Program-made: the position numbers and the translations under genes
Shown here: positions 1 to 8,729 of the stretch, piece by piece
How positions within the stretch are numbered: position 1 is the stretch's first letter
How the letters are laid out: every line of letters begins with the position of its first letter
The notes under the pieces: generated by a model
The model's database searches: none
What the model saw: only the letters and a program-made list of their open reading frames with translations
Told to the model about the DNA's origin: nothing
Source: a virus
Taxonomy: Duplodnaviria > Caudoviricetes
Virus record (IMG/VR): IMGVR_UViG_3300031184_000003
Span: 1-40,795 of that record
Length of the DNA: 40,795 bases
Strand: one strand, 5' to 3'

Positions 1-147
1 GAGGTCGAAGCTGCAGGGCCAGCTGATGAGCGCGCAGCCGCTCAGGGCGATGACGGCGGCGCAGGCGGCGGCAGCAGCGCCGCCACGACACGCGACAGTG
101 CCCATAGCGCCAGGCCTGCGCCTGTGAGGTTGAAGGGCGCCGCGACG
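1..147. repeat. Terminal direct repeat, copy 1 (circular assembly overlap)
   Basis: Identical to 40649-40795 except position 21 (A) vs 40669 (C). Confidence 0.95.
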
Positions 148-215
148 TTGAGTGCAGCGGCCAGGAAGAGCAGCGTTGCCACGATCAACAGCAGCAGGAT
201 CAGCATTGCCTTCAT
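42..215 (-). CDS. Small two-TM membrane protein (holin-like candidate)
   Basis: MKAMLILLLLIVATLLFLAAALN...GLALWALSRVV; ATGA overlap with the upstream stop; at the end of the late operon. Confidence 0.55.
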   Translation of the reverse strand: MKAMLILLLLIVATLLFLAAALNVAAPFNLTGAGLALWALSRVVAALLPPPAPPSSP

Positions 216-640
216 GGGGTGCCCTCCACCGGGTTCCAAGTGCTCAGCTCGCGCAGCTCGACGTAGTTGGGCGAGGCCGCATCGCCGAACGTCTGCGGCG
301 CCACTTCGAAGTCGAGGTTCACGTCATCGCCCTGGCGCACGCGCAGGCCGGTCGCACCTCGGTTGTCGATGCGCACGCGCACGGCGCCACCCTCGGCGGC
401 AACCTTCGGCGCGTGCTCGCGCCAGAACGTCAGGAGCTGGGTGAAGAAGGCGAACACCTTGCCGAAGGCCTCGGCGGCATCCTCCTTGAACGACGGGTTG
501 TCGCCCACCGTCACCACCGTCAGCTTGTCGTCATCGATGCTGTAGGGCTCCGCGTACTTCAGCTCGGCAGCGAGGCCATCACCATCGGTGCTCGACACGG
601 GCACCGGCACCGTGCTCTGGTTCGTCAGAATCACCTTCAT
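212..640 (-). CDS. Hypothetical protein (142 aa)
   Basis: ATG at 640 with AGGAGG RBS and ATGA coupling to the upstream gene; globular-looking sequence. Confidence 0.75.
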   Translation of the reverse strand: MKVILTNQSTVPVPVSSTDGDGLAAELKYAEPYSIDDDKLTVVTVGDNPSFKEDAAEAFGKVFAFFTQLLTFWREHAPKVAAEGGAVRVRIDNRGATGLRVRQGDDVNLDFEVAPQTFGDAASPNYVELRELSTWNPVEGTP

Positions 641-828
641 TGCACTACCTCCTGTGCACCGTTGGGCTTGGCGTTCGCCTCGCCCGTGAGCGGTTGCGGT
701 TGCTGCGCTCGAATCTGCTGCGAGATGTTCTGCAGCACCTGCGCCACCTCGACGTAAGGCCTCTGGCCGAGCGCGTTGGCGATGATATCCATCGACTTGC
801 TGTCGAGCTTCAGGGTAATCGTGTCCAC
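637..828 (-). CDS. Small conserved phage protein downstream of the tail fibre
   Basis: GTG start with GGAG RBS; motif ALGQRPYVEVA resembles small proteins that often follow tail fibre genes. Confidence 0.7.
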   Translation of the reverse strand: MDTITLKLDSKSMDIIANALGQRPYVEVAQVLQNISQQIRAQQPQPLTGEANAKPNGAQEVVQ

Positions 829-875
829 TTGCTTTCTCCGTTTGGCCCTCTGCATGCGTCGCGTGGTGCGATGGC

Positions 876-3326
876 TCACCGCAGCTCGGCCCATGTCGCA
901 ATGGTCGGCACGCCCACGGTGTTGCTCAACGTGTAGCTCGCGCCGGGCGGGACCACAGCGCTGATGCTGTCAGCATACGCGCCAGCAGTGGCGCCGTTGG
1001 TGCGCGAGGCCACCGTGATGCCGCCGACCGTCAGCACCACGCTCGTGCCGTTGGTCGCTGGGAAATTAAACGAGATGTTGACAGCGATGGGGTAGGCCGG
1101 CGCGACGATGGCCGCACCGAGCGCGCGCCCGCCGACGCCGGTCATGTTCTGCCATGTCCTGCCCGAGCCGCCGACAGTGGCGTCATTGACCCAGCCGGTC
1201 GTTGCGAAGTCGAGCCCATCGGACGCGACAGCAGGCGCCACGCCAGCAGACACAACGCCCGTGCCACCATCGATGCGGATGCGGTTGGTCGCGCCGAGGG
1301 TCGCGCCCTCGCAGATGATGAACGCATCGGCATCACTGTTGTCGATGCCTGCGCTGAAGGTGTTGCCGCCCGTCACCTGCCACAGCAGCGACGGGTCGCC
1401 CGCCGCCGCGCCGCCCGCGATGATGTTCATGCGCGCGCTCGATGCCGCGACGTTGCTGATGTTCTCCAGCCGCCAGATCGCGCCGACGCCTGGCAGGTCT
1501 TGGCTGGTGGACAGCGCAGTAGAACCCGAGATGGCTTGAATCTGCAGCGACGTGGCCGCAGCGGTCGGCGGCAGGATCACCACCGCGCCGTTCGTGTTGA
1601 TGTACAGCGCGTCGTTGGTGCCGAGCGCGGCGCCAACGCTAATCTTGAAGCGGTCGGAGTCGCTGTTATCGACGCCCATCATCCAGGTCTGCACTGCGCT
1701 GACGACGAACGAGAGGAACGGATCACCTGCTGCTGCGCTGGCGACCGACAACTGCAGGCGCGCGTCAGACGCCGCCGCTACGCTGCTGTTCGACAGGTTC
1801 CACTGGAGCGTGCCGCCAGCGATGGCAGTGCTGGTCTGCAACGCAATGCCGGTGGCGCCGCCTTGCACACTCAGCGTCGCGCCCGACAGCGCCGCCGCGA
1901 TGGTCACGTTGCCCTGGTTGTTCAGGCGCATGCACTCGGTCGGCACGGCGCCAGCGAGCGGCGTCGTGAAGAAGATGATGCGACCCGGCACGCTGCCTGC
2001 GGCAACCGCGCCGTCCACGCTCACATCGATGCGTGCGGCGGTGGCAAAGCCGGCGCCATCGCTGCCCGCGAAGCTCCACTGCATCAGCGAGTCAGCATTG
2101 ATGACAGCCGCGTGGGTGCCGATGGCGGCGCCGCGCGACTTCATGGCGTTGTGACGGGTGCCGGTCGAATCGGCAGTGAACGCCGTGAAGGTGCCGCCAG
2201 CGGTGCCGGCCACGGATGACGCCACCTGCAAGCGCGTCAGATTGACGAACGAGCTAGGCGTAAACGAGGTGCCCGACGGGTTGATGATGAACACGCCCGC
2301 GTCATCGAGGAACGCGCCTGCCACGCCAGCCGCTGCGAGCTGCAGCGTGTCCAGCGAGTGGTTGTAGCGGACCCAGCCGCGCGCGTCAGCATCGGTGTCG
2401 GCGAAGTCCACGCCCGCCTGCGACGTGTTGCCGGCCACCAGCGAGAGATATGCGGGCGAGCCCGCTGCCGAACTGCCAAGGAACGCAGCGACCGTGCCAG
2501 CCGTGAGCGCGGGCATCGTGCTGGTGCCGAGCCGATCCACGATCAGCGCCGCGCCATTCAGCGCACTGTTGACCGCAAGCGAACCCGCCGTGCTGGCACC
2601 AGTCAGCACCTGCAGCCGCATGTTCTCGTTGCCCGACAGCGCCCACGCATGCGCCGGGTTTGCTGGTGAGCCTGGCGCGTTCCACAGGAAGCCCGCGCCG
2701 TTGACGCCACCGACAGCGATGCTAGACAGCTCCAGGCCGCGCGTCTGCACCGTGCCGCCAGAGAAGCGCGCGAGGGGCCCGTTCGCCCCTGCGCCGTTGA
2801 CTTCGAACATGAAGCCGTTTGCTGCGGCCACCTTGATGCCGACGTTGCCCGTCGCATCGATAAACACGCGCTGCACGCCCGCTGTCACCAGGCCGACCTG
2901 GTCGGCACCGGGCGAGAAAATGCCCGTGTTGAGGTCGCCCGTGAACGTGATCGATGGCAGCAGCGCGGTGCCCAGCGGATGCGTCACCGGGCTGGTGACC
3001 GACAGCCCGCTCGCCAGGTGCAGCCCGGTGTTGTCGAAGCTCGCCGCCAGCACGCCGCCCACGGCAAGCGCCATCACGCCGGCAGCGCTGCGATACCACC
3101 CGAGGTTGCTCTCAGCGCTGAAGCTCATTGCGGGCGCTGTGGGCCCGCCTGGCGGCAGCTTGAGCGGTGCGAGCATCGCGCCGCGCCCCTGCCTGTCGAG
3201 CGAGTCGGTGATGGCCGCACCGAGGTCGCTCATCGTCGGGTTAGCCCACGAGTCGAGGATGAGCGTATCGGGCACCACCGGGTTGCCCGATGGCAGCGTG
3301 TAGGTGCCTGAGCTGTTGCGCGGCAT
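876..3326 (-). CDS. Tail fibre / receptor-binding protein (816 aa)
   Basis: N-terminal MPRNSSGTYTLP..NPV virion-attachment segment, PSITFTGDLNTGIF trimer motif, Gly/Ala/Ser/Thr-rich beta repeats, C-terminal VVPPGASY..WAELR. Confidence 0.85.
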   Translation of the reverse strand: MPRNSSGTYTLPSGNPVVPDTLILDSWANPTMSDLGAAITDSLDRQGRGAMLAPLKLPPGGPTAPAMSFSAESNLGWYRSAAGVMALAVGGVLAASFDNTGLHLASGLSVTSPVTHPLGTALLPSITFTGDLNTGIFSPGADQVGLVTAGVQRVFIDATGNVGIKVAAANGFMFEVNGAGANGPLARFSGGTVQTRGLELSSIAVGGVNGAGFLWNAPGSPANPAHAWALSGNENMRLQVLTGASTAGSLAVNSALNGAALIVDRLGTSTMPALTAGTVAAFLGSSAAGSPAYLSLVAGNTSQAGVDFADTDADARGWVRYNHSLDTLQLAAAGVAGAFLDDAGVFIINPSGTSFTPSSFVNLTRLQVASSVAGTAGGTFTAFTADSTGTRHNAMKSRGAAIGTHAAVINADSLMQWSFAGSDGAGFATAARIDVSVDGAVAAGSVPGRIIFFTTPLAGAVPTECMRLNNQGNVTIAAALSGATLSVQGGATGIALQTSTAIAGGTLQWNLSNSSVAAASDARLQLSVASAAAGDPFLSFVVSAVQTWMMGVDNSDSDRFKISVGAALGTNDALYINTNGAVVILPPTAAATSLQIQAISGSTALSTSQDLPGVGAIWRLENISNVAASSARMNIIAGGAAAGDPSLLWQVTGGNTFSAGIDNSDADAFIICEGATLGATNRIRIDGGTGVVSAGVAPAVASDGLDFATTGWVNDATVGGSGRTWQNMTGVGGRALGAAIVAPAYPIAVNISFNFPATNGTSVVLTVGGITVASRTNGATAGAYADSISAVVPPGASYTLSNTVGVPTIATWAELR

Positions 3327-3335
3327 CGTTGTCTC

Positions 3336-5249
3336 CTATTGGCTCGCGCGCTGCTGCAGCCCCGCGCCGAGCTGGTTGGCGCTGCGCGTGAGCGCTCGGT
3401 ACAGGTTGTCCTCGGCGAAGCTCAGCGTCTGGCCGCTCTGCAGCTTCATCTCCAGCAGCTTGACCATCGCGTCAGGATCACGCAGCCCTTGCGCCAGGCG
3501 CTCGCTTTGGAGCCGCTCGGCGCGCTGCTTGGTCACCTCGTAAATCTTGCCCGCAATCGGGTACATCTCGGAAGGCAGCACGCGCTTGCCTGCGGCCTGG
3601 CCGCCAGCCTGCAGCGCCAGGTCGCCCGCTGTCGTGGTGCCTGGCCCTGCGTTGCCGGTGCGCCCCACGCCCTGCACGATGCCGCCCTTGTCGAGCTGCT
3701 GGCGCAAGCCGGTCAGCTCATTGACTGCCTGGTCCGAGAGCAGGCTCTCGCGCCCGCGCCGTGCGCCGCCCAGCGCGGTCGTCACGCGCGATGGCGTCAC
3801 GTTGGGAATGTCCGTTGCGAACTTCGAAGCCTCGCCGACGATGGCGCCGCTCGATGGCTCGATGAACTTGTCGCGCACCGATTGCGCGGCCTTCGCTGCA
3901 TCGACACGCGTCGAGTCGTCGGCGTAGTCATCGAGCACGCGCTGCCAGCGCCCGCCCGTCGAAGAGTTGAGCGCTTCGTCCAGCTTGCTCTTCAGCTCTT
4001 GAATCGGGCGGGCGCTGCGATCTACCTTCGACAGGATGCTCGCGTTTGGCCTGAGCGATGCATCGCCGTTGAGCATCGCGCGCAGCTTCTGCACGTGCTC
4101 GGGCGTCAGCTTGTCGCCGGCCTTCGCCAGGCTTCCCTGCACGTGCGAGATGGCACTGGCAACCTGGTCGTCGGCGAGCGCCTCGGGCGAAAACTGCGCG
4201 TTGTCGAGATATTGCGCCAGGTCGTTCATCGCGGCGCCGAACTTCTGCGGACGCACGGCGCCCGACATCTTCTGCCAGTTGGTGTCCCACCGCTCGCCGC
4301 GTTTGGTAATCAGCTCGTCCAGCTCGCCGGCTTCCTTGGTCGCGCCTTGCACGCCGCGCCACGCGCCTTGCGCCTTGCTCGTGTCCAGCTCGGACCAGCC
4401 GGGGCGCGTGGCAGGGTTCATGCGGCTCTCGCGCTCCAGTTGCGCGAGCTTCGTGTTCTGCAGCACCTCGGCGCTCGACAGCGGCAGCTTGCCGGGTGCG
4501 TTGGGGTTGTGCAGCCCGAGGTCGGCAGCACCCTGCACCAGGCTGCCACCTTGGCCCTGCACAGCCTCTTGCGCGGCGCGAGCTGCAGCGCGCTCGCCGC
4601 CGCTCCACGGGTTGAGCGCAGCCCATCCCTTCTTGACGCCCGCAACCGCGCCAGGCAGCACCGCGCCGAAACCAGCGCCTACGGTCGTGTTCAGCATGCG
4701 GCTCTCGTCGCCAGCAGTGGCCTGCGCCGCGCCCTGCGCAGCACCGGCACCGGCACCCTGCAGCGCGCTCTTGAAAATCTTGCCGCCGCGCATCGCGGCG
4801 CCGCCAGGGATGAGCATCGAGGGCAGCACCTCGCCGGCAAACTGCAGCGCGCCGCCGCCCGTGGTGCCCTCGGCGAGAGACTTGTCGAGCGCGCGCTTCT
4901 CTAGGATGTCGGCTTCGTTGGTGGCCCTCTGCTCTTTGCTGCCGAAGAGGTCGGTAGCGACATCGGCCAGGCCGGTGCCGATGTTGGACATGCCTGCACC
5001 GAGGTTGGCGCGCACCTTGTCCAGGCCGCTCATGTCGTTGAGCGGGCTGTATTGCTTGCGGTCGGCCTCGACCTGCGCGGCCAGCTTCGCCTGGTACTCG
5101 GGCGTCGCCTGGCGCGCCTTCGCCTGCGACTGCGCGCGCTCGCGGCGCCGGTCGTTCGCCATCTGCACCAGGCGCGGGTCGTTCTGCGCCCAGTCGTCGG
5201 GGATGTTGAGCAGCTCGATGCCGTCTTTGGTCGTGGCGTCGTAGGGCAT
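3336..5249 (-). CDS. DNA ejection / internal virion protein (637 aa)
   Basis: Ala/Gly-rich helical protein with GAGAGAAQGAA-type segments; lies between other ejection genes and the tail fibre. Confidence 0.7.
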   Translation of the reverse strand: MPYDATTKDGIELLNIPDDWAQNDPRLVQMANDRRRERAQSQAKARQATPEYQAKLAAQVEADRKQYSPLNDMSGLDKVRANLGAGMSNIGTGLADVATDLFGSKEQRATNEADILEKRALDKSLAEGTTGGGALQFAGEVLPSMLIPGGAAMRGGKIFKSALQGAGAGAAQGAAQATAGDESRMLNTTVGAGFGAVLPGAVAGVKKGWAALNPWSGGERAAARAAQEAVQGQGGSLVQGAADLGLHNPNAPGKLPLSSAEVLQNTKLAQLERESRMNPATRPGWSELDTSKAQGAWRGVQGATKEAGELDELITKRGERWDTNWQKMSGAVRPQKFGAAMNDLAQYLDNAQFSPEALADDQVASAISHVQGSLAKAGDKLTPEHVQKLRAMLNGDASLRPNASILSKVDRSARPIQELKSKLDEALNSSTGGRWQRVLDDYADDSTRVDAAKAAQSVRDKFIEPSSGAIVGEASKFATDIPNVTPSRVTTALGGARRGRESLLSDQAVNELTGLRQQLDKGGIVQGVGRTGNAGPGTTTAGDLALQAGGQAAGKRVLPSEMYPIAGKIYEVTKQRAERLQSERLAQGLRDPDAMVKLLEMKLQSGQTLSFAEDNLYRALTRSANQLGAGLQQRASQ

Positions 5250-5250
5250 G

Positions 5251-6369
5251 TCAGAAGTCCAGTTGAACCTTGCGATTCTTCTTCGCCTTGTCGTTGCCCG
5301 TGGCGCGCGGCAGCGAGTGCACCTGCGGGGCAGGCGGCGCCACGCCTGCGGCCTTGCCAACGTCGATGACGTTGCTGGGCGCAGCCTGTGCGTCGGGCTG
5401 CTTCGGCGCGCTGCGCTCTTGCAGGTCGCCGAATGCCCAGTTGGTCACCTGGTTAGGGTCGAGGCCACGCGACATCGCGCGGCGCCCGTAGTTGGTCGTG
5501 TACTGGTCCATCGTCTTGCCCGATGTGTCGGCCAGGCGGCCAGCGGCGCCGAGCATCTCGCTGCGCTGCTGCGCGTTGAGGAAGTTGCCGGCGCGCGCGC
5601 GGTTGTACATATTCAGGATGCGGTCTGGCACGCCGGTGGCCTGCTGCGCAGTGGCGAATTCGCCCTCACGCACCACGCTATTCGGGTCGAGCATCTTCAT
5701 GTACTGGAAGATAAAAGCCATGTCGCTCGCCGCGTCGCCCTTCGATGCCACCGCGTTGAGATTCTTGTGCGCCGTCAGCACCGTGCGATGGTCCTTCACG
5801 TCGCGCACGTACTCGCCGTACATGCGATCTTCAGTCGTCGCGGCCTGGTTCGCGTTGAGTCCACCGGCAACTGCGCGAGCGGTGTCGGCGCCCATCTGCT
5901 TGAGCGTGCGTTGGTTTTCGCGGTTCGCCTCGGCCTGCTGGTCGCGGAATTCCTTTTCCAGCTTGTCGCGGCGGCGTTGCTCCATCACGGCTTCCTGCTT
6001 CGCTTCGAGCGCGTCGATCTGCGTCTGCGCGCGCTCGCCGAGGTACTGCGGGTTGTAGGTGTGCGTGCCCGTCAGCGGATCGATGGTGCCGCGCTCGGTG
6101 ACCCTCGGCGTGCTCTGTTCCAGCGCGCGCTTGAACACCTGCGCGCCCACCGGCTGCAGGTTCTGGTTCTGGCTGAGCTGCAGCAGCAGGCCGGCGTTGT
6201 ACTCGCGGTCGTTGTCGCCGCGCCGCTGCTCAATCTCCTGCGGGCTGTAGGCGCTCTTCTGGTTCTGCAGCTCCAGCAGCCGCTTGCGCAGCGCTGCAAT
6301 CGGGTCGTCGTAGGGCAGCGCCTCGGGTGGCCCCGTGAAGCCGGTCGCGTTGGGCAGCGCGTAGCCCAT
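5251..6369 (-). CDS. DNA ejection/transfer protein (372 aa)
   Basis: Coiled-coil region plus FQYMKMLDPNSVVREGEF, a motif I recognise from podoviral ejection proteins. Confidence 0.7.
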   Translation of the reverse strand: MGYALPNATGFTGPPEALPYDDPIAALRKRLLELQNQKSAYSPQEIEQRRGDNDREYNAGLLLQLSQNQNLQPVGAQVFKRALEQSTPRVTERGTIDPLTGTHTYNPQYLGERAQTQIDALEAKQEAVMEQRRRDKLEKEFRDQQAEANRENQRTLKQMGADTARAVAGGLNANQAATTEDRMYGEYVRDVKDHRTVLTAHKNLNAVASKGDAASDMAFIFQYMKMLDPNSVVREGEFATAQQATGVPDRILNMYNRARAGNFLNAQQRSEMLGAAGRLADTSGKTMDQYTTNYGRRAMSRGLDPNQVTNWAFGDLQERSAPKQPDAQAAPSNVIDVGKAAGVAPPAPQVHSLPRATGNDKAKKNRKVQLDF

Positions 6370-6370
6370 C

Positions 6371-6742
6371 TCAATACTCCGTGCCGTAGCCTGTAGGCAT
6401 GTCGTAGTTGACCGGCACCTGCGCCTGGCGCTTGCGGCGCAGCAGCTCGTAGGCGTCGCGCGAATCCTTCGCGCCCTGCACGTCCATCGCGGCCTCGGTG
6501 CCACGGCTCTGCGAGTCGAGGTAGGCGCCGCCCATCGCGCCCGCGAGCTGCTGCAGCACCCCGCCGAGGCCTGATTGAATCTTGTAGCGCCCTGCGTCGA
6601 TCAGGCCGGGGTTTTGCATCGAGCGCAGCAGCGTCGCCAGGCGCTTGTTGCGGTCAAGCTCGCCGGCCTGGCTGTTCTGCTGCATGCGCGTGAGCGATTC
6701 GATCACACGGGGGTCGATGTCGCCGTAGTAGTCGTTTGGCAT
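6371..6742 (-). CDS. Small putative ejection protein (123 aa)
   Basis: AGGAG RBS; amphipathic GLGGVLQQLAGAMGGAY; operon position. Confidence 0.6.
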   Translation of the reverse strand: MPNDYYGDIDPRVIESLTRMQQNSQAGELDRNKRLATLLRSMQNPGLIDAGRYKIQSGLGGVLQQLAGAMGGAYLDSQSRGTEAAMDVQGAKDSRDAYELLRRKRQAQVPVNYDMPTGYGTEY

Positions 6743-6751
6743 CGTCAGCTC

Positions 6752-7429
6752 CTAGTGCATCTCGCGCGCCACCGCTACGCGCCAATCGTGCAGCACCTGC
6801 TCGACGACGGCGCGTCGCTCGGTGGGCAGCGCGGCCACGCGCTCGGCGTTGTCGTCGCGGTAGGCGGTGCAATTCCAGCAGTCGCGCGAGGTGCGCTCGC
6901 CCTCGCGGTAGTAGGGCGGCATCCATTCGGCGCAGTTGGCTTCGCAGTAGTCGAGCACCTGCGCGCGGGTCCACCGCTCTACGGGGAAGTGGTACGTGAT
7001 GCCGGCCTCGGTGTGCCCGTCATGGATCGGCGCCTTGCGGCTCTCGTCGCTGCGTTGTCCGCGGTAGACGTGCGTTACGCCGTGCGCGCGCATGGCCTGG
7101 TCGAGCGGATGCCAGATACTGCGCGCGCAGCAGTCCATGTAGTTCTGGAAGAGCCGGCCTTGCGTGCCGCAGCACAGGTGCCCGAGCTTCGTGTGCGACA
7201 CCGGCACCACGTCAACCGGCCAGCCGTACAGCTCGATCACCTGCGGCTGGTCGCTGCGCACCTCGTGGAAATTGGGCACCAGCTTGCGCACGCGCTCCAT
7301 GTACTCGCGCGTCGAGTCGTAGGCCGCCCCGGTGTTGCACCAAAAGACGTGCACGTGCGGCCAATACTCCCGCAGCAGCCAGAGCACCGCGAGAGAGTCA
7401 ACACCGCCGCTGAATTGGATTGCGTGCAT
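6752..7429 (-). CDS. PAPS reductase / PP-loop (CysH-like) family protein
   Basis: PP-loop QFSGGVDS, CNTG, GQRSDES, FPVERW and C-terminal DCWNC. Confidence 0.85.
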   Translation of the reverse strand: MHAIQFSGGVDSLAVLWLLREYWPHVHVFWCNTGAAYDSTREYMERVRKLVPNFHEVRSDQPQVIELYGWPVDVVPVSHTKLGHLCCGTQGRLFQNYMDCCARSIWHPLDQAMRAHGVTHVYRGQRSDESRKAPIHDGHTEAGITYHFPVERWTRAQVLDYCEANCAEWMPPYYREGERTSRDCWNCTAYRDDNAERVAALPTERRAVVEQVLHDWRVAVAREMH

Positions 7430-8721
7430 CAGAAGGCAATGATTGCGGCGGCTGCGATGCCGCCCACCGCGCCGGTCGTGGCCTGGCCCTGCGCCTGCTT
7501 GGCATTGAACGCATCGGCGTTGGCGCCGTACTGGTTCTGCAGCGCGGTCATGTAGTCGGGCACGCCCGAGCTGCTGTAGCCACCGCCACCACCACCAGCA
7601 CCGCCACCACCAGCGCCACCACCAGGCATCTGTACCTGCTGTCCACTGATGATGCTATTAAGCTCGTTGAGGCTGAAGCCGCGCCGCGCCATCATCTCCT
7701 GAATCTGCTGGTCGCGCAGTTGGTTTTGGTACTGCGACGCCGCCATCTGATTGCTGAAGTTGGTGCCCTGCGCCTGCTGCGCCTGCTCGAAAGCCTGCTG
7801 CTGCTGCCCGAGGTCCGCCGTGCGGTTGCCGCTGAGCATGTCGTACAGAGACTGCTGCGCTTGGAGCTGCTGATTGCGGGCTGTGTTGCCCATGTTGAAG
7901 CCGCCCGTGGCCGCCTGGTTGTACAGGTTGCCCTGGTTCATCGCTTCCTGCGCCTGCTGCTGGCGCAGCCCGATGTCCATGCCGTAATCGCGCTGCGCCT
8001 CGGCGCCGCCGCCAGTGATCGAACCCATCAGGGCTTGCTGGTAGGCGTCGTTACGGTCGCGGCCAAAGCCGGCCATCGCTTGCTGGTAGGCATCGCTGTT
8101 CATGCTGATGCCTTTGTTTGCAAGGTCGCTTTCCATCGAGGCCTGCCGCGCCTGCCACTGCGGGTCGAGCCGCGATGCCGCGCTGCCGTAGATCGCGTCC
8201 TCGGCGCGCTGGCGCGTGTCGGCTGCCTTGCTGACACCCTGCAGGCCGCCGAAGTCGTACTGCCCCTGCAGGCCTGGCGTGCCCATGCGCGAGGTGTCGA
8301 TGCCGCCCACGTTGGGCGCGCCGCCGTATGCCTGCGTGTACTGCTGGAGCTGCCCAGGCGCGGCCACGGAGCCACCTTGCGGAGTGAACTGCGACCAGTT
8401 CACTGCCTGCCCGAATTCCTGCTGCGCACGAGGGAAGAGCGATGCAGCCAGGTCGCTGCGGCCTTGCTGCAGCCCCATCTGTGAGGTGAGCGCGGCCTGC
8501 AGCTCGGGCGTCAGCGTCTGCGTGTTGGCCCACTGCGTCACCGGCTTGCCGGTCGTCGGGTCAACGCCCTGCGAGGCCTGCCAGGTCGAGCTGCCCCACG
8601 GGTTGACTTCGTTGGGGTGCTGGGCCCAGACGTTGGCAGTCTGCGCCTGCTGGTTGCCTGCGGCCTGCTTCTCTGCTGCCCCCTGGTAGTCAGGTGGCGG
8701 CGGCGCGCTTTTCTTGCCCAT
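7429..8721 (-). CDS. DNA pilot/ejection protein (430 aa)
   Basis: MGKKSAPPPPDY N-terminus, NPWGS, Gln-rich body, Gly linker, hydrophobic C-terminus. Confidence 0.75.
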   Translation of the reverse strand: MGKKSAPPPPDYQGAAEKQAAGNQQAQTANVWAQHPNEVNPWGSSTWQASQGVDPTTGKPVTQWANTQTLTPELQAALTSQMGLQQGRSDLAASLFPRAQQEFGQAVNWSQFTPQGGSVAAPGQLQQYTQAYGGAPNVGGIDTSRMGTPGLQGQYDFGGLQGVSKAADTRQRAEDAIYGSAASRLDPQWQARQASMESDLANKGISMNSDAYQQAMAGFGRDRNDAYQQALMGSITGGGAEAQRDYGMDIGLRQQQAQEAMNQGNLYNQAATGGFNMGNTARNQQLQAQQSLYDMLSGNRTADLGQQQQAFEQAQQAQGTNFSNQMAASQYQNQLRDQQIQEMMARRGFSLNELNSIISGQQVQMPGGGAGGGGAGGGGGGYSSSGVPDYMTALQNQYGANADAFNAKQAQGQATTGAVGGIAAAAIIAF

Positions 8722-8729
8722 AGGTCACC

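Noticed and set aside
1-147. Biological terminal repeat of the virion DNA
   Set aside because: It falls mid-gene and its length fits assembler k-mer overlap; it indicates circularity only.
876-3326. Diversity-generating retroelement acting on the tail fibre
   Set aside because: No reverse transcriptase and no template/variable repeat pair with adenine-specific mismatches seen.
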